Position numbers and translations under genes: made by a program. DNA of 64,000 nt from Fusobacteriaceae bacterium (GTDB lineage Bacteria; Fusobacteriota; Fusobacteriia; Fusobacteriales; Fusobacteriaceae), in assembly GCA_051652785.1 (NCBI GenBank), contig JBOFUX010000041.1, positions 8,471 to 72,470 on the forward strand, given 5' to 3'. The notes beneath the pieces are model-generated. The model ran no database searches, was not told the DNA's origin, and worked only from the letters and a program-made list of their open reading frames with translations. Below, piece after piece: positions 28,700 to 37,658 of this stretch (position 1 is the first letter of the stretch; each line of letters starts with the position of its first letter).

Positions 28700-29746
28700 C
28701 TACACCACCTTTTTTCTTTTTATTACAAATCTAAACATATTTTCTGCTGCTATAAGTAAAATTATAATAGCTTGAATCATTATTATTATTTGACTAGGAA
28801 TTGAGGTGTTAAATTGCATAGATCTACCTCCAACTCTTAAACCTGCAAATAAAATTGCTGCCGCTAAAGCTCCAAAAGGATTATTTTTTCCTAGAAGTGC
28901 AACTGATATTCCATCAAATCCAAATGTAGCCATAAGACCTTGTTTATATGTATATTGTCCTACTCCTCCCAAAACTCTTTCTGCTCCTGCAAAAGCTGCT
29001 AAAGCTCCAGAAATACCTAAAGAAAGTGCCATTATTAATTTTACATTTATCCCTGCATTTTCTGAGGCAGTAGGATTATAACCTACTGCCTTTATTTTAT
29101 ATCCTAAAACTGTTTTTTCAAAAATAAACCAAACAATTACAACCATTACTAAAGCTATAATAAAACCATAATTAAGAGCCTCATTAGTCCATGGCATAAT
29201 TTGCTGTAATTTAGCAGAATCTAAAACTGGTGGTGTTTGAGGGTTTGGTCCATTTATTCCACCTTGTTTAAGAGGGTAATTTATCATATACTGTTCTACA
29301 TTCATAGCTATATAATTTAACATTATTGTAGAGATAACTTCATGGATACCTAATTTAGCTTTTAAAATACCCGCTATAAATGCCCATAAAAATCCTCCTA
29401 AAACTGCTAATAATATAACTATGTAAACATTATTTATAAAATTATTAGCTACAAAAGCTCCCACTCCAGCAGCAACAAGTCCTGATATTGTTATTTGACC
29501 TTGAGCTCCTATATTAAACATTCCACCTTTAAATGCAAAAAGTACAGCAAGTCCTGTGAAAATCATAGGGGTTGCTTCTAGTAAAGTTCTGGCTATTGCT
29601 TTTTGAGTTGAAAATGCACCAGTAAATAAGTAATAATAAGCTGTTATTGGACTTTCTCCTAAATATGCTATGATTACAGCTCCTATTATTAGAGCTATTA
29701 CTACAGCTACTATAGGAATTAATATGTTTTCCAATTTTTTATTCAT
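28700..29746 (-). CDS. ABC permease, BMP/nucleoside-type (BPD_transp_2)
   Basis: 348 aa and polytopic. Overlaps the stop of the ATPase gene. Confidence 0.8.
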   Translation of the reverse strand: MNKKLENILIPIVAVVIALIIGAVIIAYLGESPITAYYYLFTGAFSTQKAIARTLLEATPMIFTGLAVLFAFKGGMFNIGAQGQITISGLVAAGVGAFVANNFINNVYIVILLAVLGGFLWAFIAGILKAKLGIHEVISTIMLNYIAMNVEQYMINYPLKQGGINGPNPQTPPVLDSAKLQQIMPWTNEALNYGFIIALVMVVIVWFIFEKTVLGYKIKAVGYNPTASENAGINVKLIMALSLGISGALAAFAGAERVLGGVGQYTYKQGLMATFGFDGISVALLGKNNPFGALAAAILFAGLRVGGRSMQFNTSIPSQIIIMIQAIIILLIAAENMFRFVIKRKKVV

Positions 29747-31265
29747 TTATTTTACCACCTGCCATTAATATTCCAATTTTTTCTTCTGTTGCTTCCTCTC
29801 TATTTAAAATTCCCGTTATATGTCCTGCACACATAACTGCTATTTTATCTGATAAATTCATTATCTCTGAAAGCTCAGAGGAAACAACTAGTAATGCTTT
29901 TCCTTTCTCTTTTTCTAATAAGAGCATTTTATGTATAGATTCAATAGCACCAATATCTACTCCTCTCGTTGGCTGTGCTGCAATTATAAGGAGATTTTTT
30001 TTCTCAAGTTCTCTTGCGACTATTATCTTTTGCTGATTTCCACCAGAAAATTTTCCAAATTCAAGTTCTGGTTCAGCTGGTCTAACATCATATTTTAATA
30101 TATATTTTAGTGTTCTACTTTTTATTTTTTCAAAATTTATCAAAAATCTTTTTTTAGAATATAATGTCTCATGTTGTCCTAATGCAAAATTTTCCATAAG
30201 ATTATACTCTGCTATCCCTGCTCTCTTATGTCTATCTTCTGGAATATGTGCTATTCCTGCATTATCAAGCTTTCTTCTTCCTATATTAGAAATTATATTT
30301 CCGCTCAATTTTATTTCTCCACCTTTTTCTATTTTCATGAGTCCAGTTAAAGCTTCTATAAGTTCTGTTTGACCACTTCCTTCTACTCCTGCTAAACCTA
30401 GTACTTCTCCTTCTCTAATTGAAAAAGAAACATTTTCTACTTTCATCACTCCAAAATTATTTTTTAAAGAAACATTTTTTACTGTCAATATTTCTTTTCC
30501 TATTTTTACTATTGGTTTTTTTGTAGTAAAAAGTACTGCTCTTCCAACCATTGCATTAGCAATCATCTCTTTTGTAGCTTTTGAGGTTTTAAAATTTGAA
30601 ATATTTTTTCCTCTTCTAATTACAGTTATATTATCTGAAATAGCTAAAACTTCTTCCAATTTATGGGATATAAATATAATTGTTTTTCCTTCAGCTATTA
30701 AATTATCTATAATTTTATAAAGTTCTTTTGTTTCTTGAGGTGTTAAAACTGCCGTTGGCTCATCAAATACTAATAGATTAGCTCCTTTAAATAAAATTTT
30801 TAAAATCTCTATTCTTTGTTGCATTCCAACAGACAAATCTTTTATAAGAGCGTTGGGTTCTATATCTAAACCATATTTATGTGAAACGTCAATTACATCT
30901 TTTCTAGCTTTATCCAAATCTAAAAACATTCCTTTTTTAGGTTCAACACCTAGTATCATATTTTCTGCTACCGTCAATGTTGGAACTAGCATAAAATGTT
31001 GATAAACCATTCCAATTCCTAATTCTGCTGCAATACTAGGTCCATCTATTATTGTTTCTTTTCCATTTAAAATTATTTTTCCAGATGTTGGTTGATATAA
31101 ACCATTTAATATTTTCATTAATGTAGATTTTCCTGCTCCATTTTCTCCTACTATAGCGTGTTTTTCACCTTTAAGAATATTAAGATTTATGCAATCATTA
31201 GCGATTACTTTTCCCCCTACAAAAGTTTTCCTAATATTTTCCATTTTTAATATACATTGGTCCAC
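29739..31265 (-). CDS. ABC ATPase with duplicated nucleotide-binding domains (nucleoside/simple-sugar type)
   Basis: 508 aa with Walker A GENGAGKST, a second degenerate NBD, LSVGMQQR and FSGGNQQK. The GTG start has a GGGAGG RBS 5 nt upstream. Confidence 0.9.
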   Translation of the reverse strand: MDQCILKMENIRKTFVGGKVIANDCINLNILKGEKHAIVGENGAGKSTLMKILNGLYQPTSGKIILNGKETIIDGPSIAAELGIGMVYQHFMLVPTLTVAENMILGVEPKKGMFLDLDKARKDVIDVSHKYGLDIEPNALIKDLSVGMQQRIEILKILFKGANLLVFDEPTAVLTPQETKELYKIIDNLIAEGKTIIFISHKLEEVLAISDNITVIRRGKNISNFKTSKATKEMIANAMVGRAVLFTTKKPIVKIGKEILTVKNVSLKNNFGVMKVENVSFSIREGEVLGLAGVEGSGQTELIEALTGLMKIEKGGEIKLSGNIISNIGRRKLDNAGIAHIPEDRHKRAGIAEYNLMENFALGQHETLYSKKRFLINFEKIKSRTLKYILKYDVRPAEPELEFGKFSGGNQQKIIVARELEKKNLLIIAAQPTRGVDIGAIESIHKMLLLEKEKGKALLVVSSELSEIMNLSDKIAVMCAGHITGILNREEATEEKIGILMAGGKINE

Positions 31266-31290
31266 TTTTTCCTCCCATGAATATTTTATT

Positions 31291-32802
31291 TTAATTTCCT
31301 ATGTTTTTCATTATTACAAATGTTAAATCATCTATTTGTTCATGTTCTTTTTCAAACTCCATTAATCTTTTTAATAAACTTATTTTTATATTTTCTGAAG
31401 TTTCATATCGATTTTTATAAATAATATCCTTTAATCTATTCATTCCAAATAGTTCTTTTTCTTTATTTTCTGCTTCAGTTATTCCATCTGTATAGAGTAC
31501 AACTATATCCCCTTTTTCTAATTTTATTTCTGATTGATTGTATCTATAATCTTTTATAAATCCTATAGCCACTCCCTTTACTGTATGGAGTTCTATTTTA
31601 TCTGTCTTTGCCCTATAAACGATAATCGGATTATGACCAGCATTAGAATAAGATAAAATTTTTGTTTTATAATCAAATTTACAATGCATAATAGTAATAA
31701 ACATATCTTCCGCAATATCAGGATAAATAATTTTATTTAAAGCATTTAAATCTTGTCTTGGTGCTATTCCTCTAGTGCTTAAAGTTTTTAGTATGGATCT
31801 AGCAATTGCCATTAAAAATGCAGCAGGCATACCTTTTCCACTTACATCTGCCATTGTTACATAGAGATTTTCTGACTCGTGAATATAATAATCATAATAA
31901 TCTCCACCGATCTCTTTAGCAGGTTCAAAATAATTTGCAATATCTAAACCAAAAATCGACTTAACATCTTGGGGAATTATTTGTTTTTGCATTTTTGAGG
32001 CTAGCTCTAATTCCTTTGATATTCTTTCTTTTATTAGTAAATCTGCATAAATTTGTGCATTATTTATTGCAATTGATATTTGGATAACTAAGGCTGATAT
32101 TGTCTCTTCATCTAAATCAATTAAATTATCCTTATCTTCAATAACAAAAATTACCCCTAATTCTTTTCCTTTTACAACAAGAGGAGAAATTATAACAGTC
32201 TCTTCTTGTTCCAATGAAAAGTTTTTAGATAATTCTTTATATATTTTTGTGAATTTTTCTCTATTGAATTTTTTCCATTCATCTAGCTCATAAAAAACTT
32301 CACCAGCGTAACTAATATTTCCTTTTATTCTTTTTCTTTTTAATTCTCCATTTTCCCATAAATATAAAGATATTCTTTTCGCACCAGTTAGAACAAAATA
32401 AGCATCTAATATTATATCAACTGTTTTTTTTAGTTCAATTACTGATAAAACTGTTCTTGCCAATGCATTTAAATTAGATAAATTTGCTACTCTTTTTTCA
32501 AGTGCTTGATTGCTATATTTAAGCTGATTTGATTTAGTCACAAGAGCATTATACGTTATTTCTAATTCAGTTCTATATTCTCTTAATTCTTCAATGGAAT
32601 TATCTAATTCATTTTTTTGTTTTCTTAACTCTTTGAATAGATCTAGATACTCTTCTTTTAAATTCTCAGGAATTTTTTTATACCTCTCATTCGTTCTAAA
32701 ACTATTCATTATATTCTCTATAAGAATTCTTTGTTTTTTTTCATGTCTTTTTAATAAATAAATAAAACCAATAAAAAGAAAAAATATTACACCTAAACTC
32801 AT
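31291..32802 (-). CDS. Membrane-anchored GAF-domain PP2C (SpoIIE/RsbU-type) serine phosphatase
   Basis: 503 aa with an N-terminal TM helix, a coiled-coil, a GAF-like middle region, and a C-terminal PP2C domain with DVSGKGMPAAFLMA and YTDGITEA. Confidence 0.75.
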   Translation of the reverse strand: MSLGVIFFLFIGFIYLLKRHEKKQRILIENIMNSFRTNERYKKIPENLKEEYLDLFKELRKQKNELDNSIEELREYRTELEITYNALVTKSNQLKYSNQALEKRVANLSNLNALARTVLSVIELKKTVDIILDAYFVLTGAKRISLYLWENGELKRKRIKGNISYAGEVFYELDEWKKFNREKFTKIYKELSKNFSLEQEETVIISPLVVKGKELGVIFVIEDKDNLIDLDEETISALVIQISIAINNAQIYADLLIKERISKELELASKMQKQIIPQDVKSIFGLDIANYFEPAKEIGGDYYDYYIHESENLYVTMADVSGKGMPAAFLMAIARSILKTLSTRGIAPRQDLNALNKIIYPDIAEDMFITIMHCKFDYKTKILSYSNAGHNPIIVYRAKTDKIELHTVKGVAIGFIKDYRYNQSEIKLEKGDIVVLYTDGITEAENKEKELFGMNRLKDIIYKNRYETSENIKISLLKRLMEFEKEHEQIDDLTFVIMKNIGN

Positions 32803-32866
32803 AATGTCTCCTATCAGTTATTTTTTATGCTAAATTAAATATAGTATACTCTATTTTTCAATGTTT

Positions 32867-34642
32867 TTAAACCTTTTTTTCATACTCTTTTATTGCTAAG
32901 GCTATATTTATAGGAACTATCTTCTTTAATTGTTCTAAATCAGCTTTAAATATATTTTTTATACTTTTAAATTCATTAATTAAAAGTAATTTCCTCTTTT
33001 CCCCAATTCCTTTTATCTGGTTTAATTCAGAAGTTATCACTCTTTTACTTCTCAACTTTCTATGATAAGTTACTCCAAATCTATGTGCCTCATCTCTTAC
33101 TCTTTGAAATATTTTTATAGATTCTTTTGACATATCAATAATATATGGTGTTGTTTCCCCATATTTAAAGACTAGCTCTTCTTTTTTTGCTAAACTTAAT
33201 AAATCCACTAAATGTAATTTATTTAATTTTTTTAATATTTTTCCAACTGCATTTATTTGCCCCAATCCTCCATCTATTAAAATCATATCAGGAAATTCAC
33301 TTTCTTTTAGTTTTGAGTATCTTCTTGTAACTACCTCTTCCATCATAGCAAAATCATCTGGAGTATCTTTACAAATTATTTTATATTTTCTATACTCATT
33401 TGTTTTCGTAATACCTTCAATAGCAACACTCATAGAGGCAACTGCATCTTTTCCTGAAATATTAGAAATATCAAAGCATTCTATTCTCCTTGGATATTTT
33501 TTAAGAGTTAATTTTTGATATATATACATAAGTCCCTCTTCTACAACTGATTTTCTTTTATAGTAAGACTCTATATCTTTTTCTAAGTTTAAAGTTGCCA
33601 TATGTAAACTTTCTTGTTTTCTACTCTTAATTTTTGGAAAAAATAACTCTACATTATTTTCTGAATATGTATTAAAATATTTTTCCATTAAACTTTTATA
33701 TACTTTTAACGAAGGATTAAAAACTATATTTTTAGGAATAAAATGTTTTGAATAATATGCAAAAATTATCATTTCATTTAAATCCTCATAAATTTTATCT
33801 TTCAATGAAATTGTTACACTATTTTTTCCTACAATTTTTCCTTCTCTGTAACTTAAAACTAATACAAAAACATTTTCATCAACTTTTTTATAAACAAAAG
33901 AATCTTCATCTATATAATTTTTCAACTCTGTTATTTGAGAAATAGTACTATTTTTTAATTCATCTATTTGATTTTTTAGAATAAGCGCTTCTTCAAATTT
34001 CATTTCATTAGAATATTTTAACATCTCATTATAAATTTCGTCTATATATTCTTTTCCATTACCTTTTAAAATTCTTTTTATCCCTTCTATTTTAAAATTA
34101 TACTCTATTTCTATATTTTTATAAACACAGGGTCCTACACAAAAATGCATATAATATTTTAAACAAGGTTTTGAATATATTTTTTTCATGTCTCTATTAC
34201 AATCTCTAATATTAAAAATTCTCAATAAAGTTTTTTTTAAGTTCCAAGCTCCGTGTGGATAAGGTCCATAGTAAGTTCCTTTTTTACTATCCAAAGATCT
34301 TGTAGTTCTAATTATAGTTAGAGAGGGGAAGCTCTCATTTCCTATTTTTATATAAGGATATGTTTTTTGGTCTTTTAAAGCTATATTATACTTAGGTGAA
34401 TATTGCTTTATTAAATTATTCTCCAATACAAGTGCATCTATTTCACTATTGCAAAGAATATATTCAATATCTTCAATATTTTTAACTAATTCTTTTGTTT
34501 TAGTATTTTCATGTTCTCTATTAAAATATGATGAAACTCTATTTTTAAGATTTTTAGCCTTTCCAACATAAATTACAACTGATTTTTTTTTCATAATATA
34601 AACACCTGGATTTTCAGGAATATCTACAATATTTATACTCAT
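32867..34642 (-). CDS. uvrC: Excinuclease ABC subunit C
   Basis: 591 aa with an N-terminal GIY-YIG motif (GVYIMK…IYVGKAKNLKNRV) and a C-terminal HhH. Confidence 0.95.
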   Translation of the reverse strand: MSINIVDIPENPGVYIMKKKSVVIYVGKAKNLKNRVSSYFNREHENTKTKELVKNIEDIEYILCNSEIDALVLENNLIKQYSPKYNIALKDQKTYPYIKIGNESFPSLTIIRTTRSLDSKKGTYYGPYPHGAWNLKKTLLRIFNIRDCNRDMKKIYSKPCLKYYMHFCVGPCVYKNIEIEYNFKIEGIKRILKGNGKEYIDEIYNEMLKYSNEMKFEEALILKNQIDELKNSTISQITELKNYIDEDSFVYKKVDENVFVLVLSYREGKIVGKNSVTISLKDKIYEDLNEMIIFAYYSKHFIPKNIVFNPSLKVYKSLMEKYFNTYSENNVELFFPKIKSRKQESLHMATLNLEKDIESYYKRKSVVEEGLMYIYQKLTLKKYPRRIECFDISNISGKDAVASMSVAIEGITKTNEYRKYKIICKDTPDDFAMMEEVVTRRYSKLKESEFPDMILIDGGLGQINAVGKILKKLNKLHLVDLLSLAKKEELVFKYGETTPYIIDMSKESIKIFQRVRDEAHRFGVTYHRKLRSKRVITSELNQIKGIGEKRKLLLINEFKSIKNIFKADLEQLKKIVPINIALAIKEYEKKV

Positions 34643-34646
34643 AATT

Positions 34647-35546
34647 TTACCAATGTCCTTTTTCTTCTTCTCTATTTGATGTATATATTTTTATGTTTTT
34701 TATTTTTGAGAGTTCCTCATTAAATAATTGTACAAAAGTTACTGAACGGTGTTTTCCACCACTACAACCAAAGCCTATAGATAGATGTTTTTTTCCTTCT
34801 TTAATATAATTGGGAATTAAAAATTTAATCATATCCATAAGTCTATTATAAAATTCTTTTGAAACTTCACTATCCATAACATAATCTTGAACGTCTTTGT
34901 CTTTTCCATTTTTTATTTTTAATTCTTTTATATAGTATGGATTCGGCAAAAACCTTACATCAAAAACTAAATCTAAATCTATAGGCATACCATATTTAAA
35001 ACCAAAAGATTGAAGATGAATATTTAGTTCATTTAAATCTTTATTTTTCAAATAATAATTTTCTTTAATTTTTTCTCCTAATTGTTTAGCAGAGAGATAA
35101 GATGTGTCAATTATTTTTGTAGCTCTTTCTCTAATTCCATACATAATATCTCGTTCGTTTTTTATATTTTCTAAAAGTGTAGAAAATTCAAGAGGATGTT
35201 TTCTTCTTGTTAAATTATATCTATTTAAAATCATTTCATCTGAAGCCTCTAAAAATATTATTTCATTATTTGGAATCATCTCTTTTACAAAATCTAAAAA
35301 TTCTAAATATTCTGAAATTTCTTCAAATGATCTTATATCTAAACCTATTGCTATTTTATTTATTTTACCTTTTTTTATTCTTAATTCCTTGTGATTAACA
35401 CTATATTTTTCAATTATAAATTTACTTAATGTACAAGGTAGATTATCCATAGTTAAATAGTCCATATCTTCTAAGAAATTTAAAACTGATGTTTTTCCAG
35501 CACCACTTAGTCCTGTTACAATTACTAAACTTTCTATTGCTATCAT
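34647..35546 (-). CDS. rapZ: RNase adapter protein RapZ (YvcJ)
   Basis: 299 aa with the P-loop GLSGAGKTS and C-terminal GCSGGKHRSV. Confidence 0.9.
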   Translation of the reverse strand: MIAIESLVIVTGLSGAGKTSVLNFLEDMDYLTMDNLPCTLSKFIIEKYSVNHKELRIKKGKINKIAIGLDIRSFEEISEYLEFLDFVKEMIPNNEIIFLEASDEMILNRYNLTRRKHPLEFSTLLENIKNERDIMYGIRERATKIIDTSYLSAKQLGEKIKENYYLKNKDLNELNIHLQSFGFKYGMPIDLDLVFDVRFLPNPYYIKELKIKNGKDKDVQDYVMDSEVSKEFYNRLMDMIKFLIPNYIKEGKKHLSIGFGCSGGKHRSVTFVQLFNEELSKIKNIKIYTSNREEEKGHW

Positions 35547-35561
35547 AATCTCCTCCTAATT

Positions 35562-35595
35562 TTAAAAATAAAAAGCTGCATAAAAGCAGCTTTTT
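35562..35595 (-). terminator. Intrinsic terminator of argS
   Basis: AAAAGCTGC (35571-35579) pairs with GCAGCTTTT (35586-35594), with a T-run on the minus strand. Starts 4 nt after the argS stop. Confidence 0.7.
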
Positions 35596-35598
35596 ATT

Positions 35599-37323
35599 TT
35601 ACATTCTCTCTAAAGTCTTTATTCCTAAAAGAGATAATCCTATTTTTAGTGTTTCTGAAGTTAAGCTCGCTAGTAAAAGTCGAGATTGTAATATAGTGGC
35701 TTCTTGATTTAGAATAGGACAACTATTATAAAAACTATTGAATTTTTTAGAAAGTTCAAAAATATAATCTGCAATTAAATTTGGCTTACAAGTTTCAGCT
35801 GCTTTTAATACTAAATTATTAAATAATGTTAATTGATGTGCGAGGACTCTTTCTTCTACATTTATAAAATTAATAGCATGGTTAAGGTCTATTGTTATTC
35901 CCTTTTCTTCAGCTTTTCTTATAATTGATTTTATCCTAGCATAGGCATATTGTAAGTAGGGTGCTGTATTTCCTTCAAAACTTAATACTTTATCCCATTC
36001 AAAAACAACAGCACTCTGTCTATTTTGCGAAAGATCCGCATATTTTATAGCTCCCATTCCCACCACTTCTGCTATCATATTTTTTTCTTCTTCTGATAAA
36101 GTTGGATTTTTTTCATTTACAACAGTATAAGCCCTTGTTTTTCCTTCATCTAATAGCTGTTCAAGTTTTATCACATTTCCTTTTCTCGTTGAAAATACTC
36201 CATCAGCAAATCTCATAATTCCAAACCAAATATGTTGTTTTTCTACTTCCCAACCTAATTTTTCTGTTATTTTAAACAATTGTTTGAAATGATCTTGTTG
36301 TCTTTCATCTGTTAAATATATTAATTTATTTACATCATAGGTACCCAGTTTATATTTTATTGTAGCAATATCAGAGGTTGAATACAAAAATGCGCCATCA
36401 CTTTTTTGTACTAAACATGGATTAAGCTTTTCCTCTTCAGAGAATATTACTACTTTTGCTCCTTCACTCTCTACTGCTATTTTTCTTTCCAATAGCTCTG
36501 TTATAACACCTGGCATTATATCATTGTAAAAAGATTCACCATTATAAACATCAAATTTTACATCCATTCTATCATACATTTTATTATACTCATTTAAAGA
36601 AACTTCAATAAATTCTTTCCACAATCTACTGTTCTCAGTTTCTCCATCTTGTAATTTTTTTAGTTCTAATCTAGCTTGTTCTTCAAGAAACGGTTCTTTT
36701 TCAGTTCTATTAGAAAACTCCACATAAACTCTTTCTAGTTCCTCTATTGGATTTAGTTTATACGCATCTTTGTCTAACCAATTTCTATATCCTATTATAA
36801 GTTTTCCAAACTGTGTTCCCCAGTCTCCAATATGATTATCTGCTATGGTTTCATAACCTAAATAGTTATAAATTCTTTTTACAGAGTCTCCAATAATTGT
36901 TGATCTCAAATGTCCTATATGCATTCTTTTCGCTATATTAGGGGAAGAATAATCAATTATAACTTTTCCTTTTCTATTTAAAAAAGAAAAATCTATACCT
37001 TCTTTTATAACTTTTTTTACATACTCACCTAAAAATTTATTTTTTAAATATATATTTATAAATCCAGGACCTGCTATTTCTAATTTTTCAATAATATTAT
37101 TTTCTAATAAATTTTTAACAACTTCCTCTGCTATAGATTTAGGATTTTTTCCTAATATTTTAGTATTCATCATAGCAAAATTTGTTTGAAAATCACCAAA
37201 CTTTTCATTGGTTGCTACAGTTATTTCCACTGCTTTAAATGCTGATTCAGGATATATTATTCTCATGGTAGCTTCAAATATTTCAGCAATTTCTTTATCT
37301 ATTAATTTAACCAAATTATTCAC
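35599..37323 (-). CDS. argS: Arginine--tRNA ligase
   Basis: 574 aa with the class I HIGH motif (MHIGHLRS) and a C-terminal DALR anticodon-binding pattern. GTG start with AAGAG upstream. Confidence 0.95.
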   Translation of the reverse strand: MNNLVKLIDKEIAEIFEATMRIIYPESAFKAVEITVATNEKFGDFQTNFAMMNTKILGKNPKSIAEEVVKNLLENNIIEKLEIAGPGFINIYLKNKFLGEYVKKVIKEGIDFSFLNRKGKVIIDYSSPNIAKRMHIGHLRSTIIGDSVKRIYNYLGYETIADNHIGDWGTQFGKLIIGYRNWLDKDAYKLNPIEELERVYVEFSNRTEKEPFLEEQARLELKKLQDGETENSRLWKEFIEVSLNEYNKMYDRMDVKFDVYNGESFYNDIMPGVITELLERKIAVESEGAKVVIFSEEEKLNPCLVQKSDGAFLYSTSDIATIKYKLGTYDVNKLIYLTDERQQDHFKQLFKITEKLGWEVEKQHIWFGIMRFADGVFSTRKGNVIKLEQLLDEGKTRAYTVVNEKNPTLSEEEKNMIAEVVGMGAIKYADLSQNRQSAVVFEWDKVLSFEGNTAPYLQYAYARIKSIIRKAEEKGITIDLNHAINFINVEERVLAHQLTLFNNLVLKAAETCKPNLIADYIFELSKKFNSFYNSCPILNQEATILQSRLLLASLTSETLKIGLSLLGIKTLERM

Positions 37324-37370
37324 CTCTTATATTGTATTTGAATATATTCCATAATTTAAAATTACAAAAT

Positions 37371-37396
37371 AAAAAAAAATGGGCATTATTGCCCAA
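37371..37396 (-). terminator. Intrinsic terminator ending the structured RNA upstream of argS
   Basis: Minus strand reads UUGGGCAAUAAUGCCCA followed by U9. It lies 47 nt upstream of the argS start. Confidence 0.7.
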
Positions 37397-37610
37397 TTAA
37401 AGAATAAATCCAACTTACCGCCTTCAGTATAGTTTTAGTCGCCAGTACTATACGGTGGTAACCAGTTCCAATTTATGTACAGGGTCCGTAAACCAAAAGG
37501 GGTTTCGTGACTTAACTGATGTATAAAAAGCAGCGCCAGTTCCAGTGACGACATTAGGCCCAAAACCTCGTGAAAATAGCGTATAAGCCAGATTTTTCTT
37601 ATTCTTTAAT
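37396..37610 (-). ncRNA. Unclassified structured RNA (argS leader or independent sRNA) with a long 5'/3' closing helix
   Basis: Visibly more G+C-rich than the flanks. It has its own promoter and terminator. The 5' and 3' ends pair over about 27 bp: 12 perfect bp, then 10 bp including three G-U pairs, then 5 bp. There is also an internal 7-bp hairpin. See findings. Confidence 0.5.
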
Positions 37611-37612
37611 GG

Positions 37613-37641
37613 ATTATAACATTAAAAAAAATTTTTTTCAA
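37613..37641 (-). promoter_or_regulatory. Near-consensus sigma70 promoter (TTGAAA-17-TATAAT)
   Basis: Minus strand has TTGAAA (37636-37641), a 17-nt spacer, then TATAAT (37613-37618). It lies just after the aspS stop and a few nt before the RNA closing helix. Confidence 0.6.
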
Positions 37642-37658
37642 CTGTATTTTAAAATTTT

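Noticed and set aside
37452-37466. T-box-like string CGGTGGTAACCAG on the plus strand
   Set aside because: It resembles GGUGGUACC, but it lies on the strand opposite to the promoter, the terminator and both flanking genes. No plus-strand gene is downstream, so it is most likely coincidental.
37396-37610. MITE or small mobile element, suggested by the 12-bp terminal inverted repeat ATTAAAGAATAA
   Set aside because: There are no flanking target-site duplications and no other copy in the window. The pairing continues well beyond the 12 bp using G-U pairs, which only make sense at the RNA level. The element is precisely framed by a promoter and a terminator.
37371-37641. Calling the argS-upstream RNA a T-box riboswitch
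   Set aside because: The position is right for a T-box. But on the transcribed (minus) strand I find no GGUGGUACCGCG-like T-box sequence, only weak UUGGAACUGGUU. I also find no AGAGA or specifier-loop features, and no upstream segment complementary to the terminator 5' half (GGGCA) to form an antiterminator. The call is left unclassified pending a covariance-model search.
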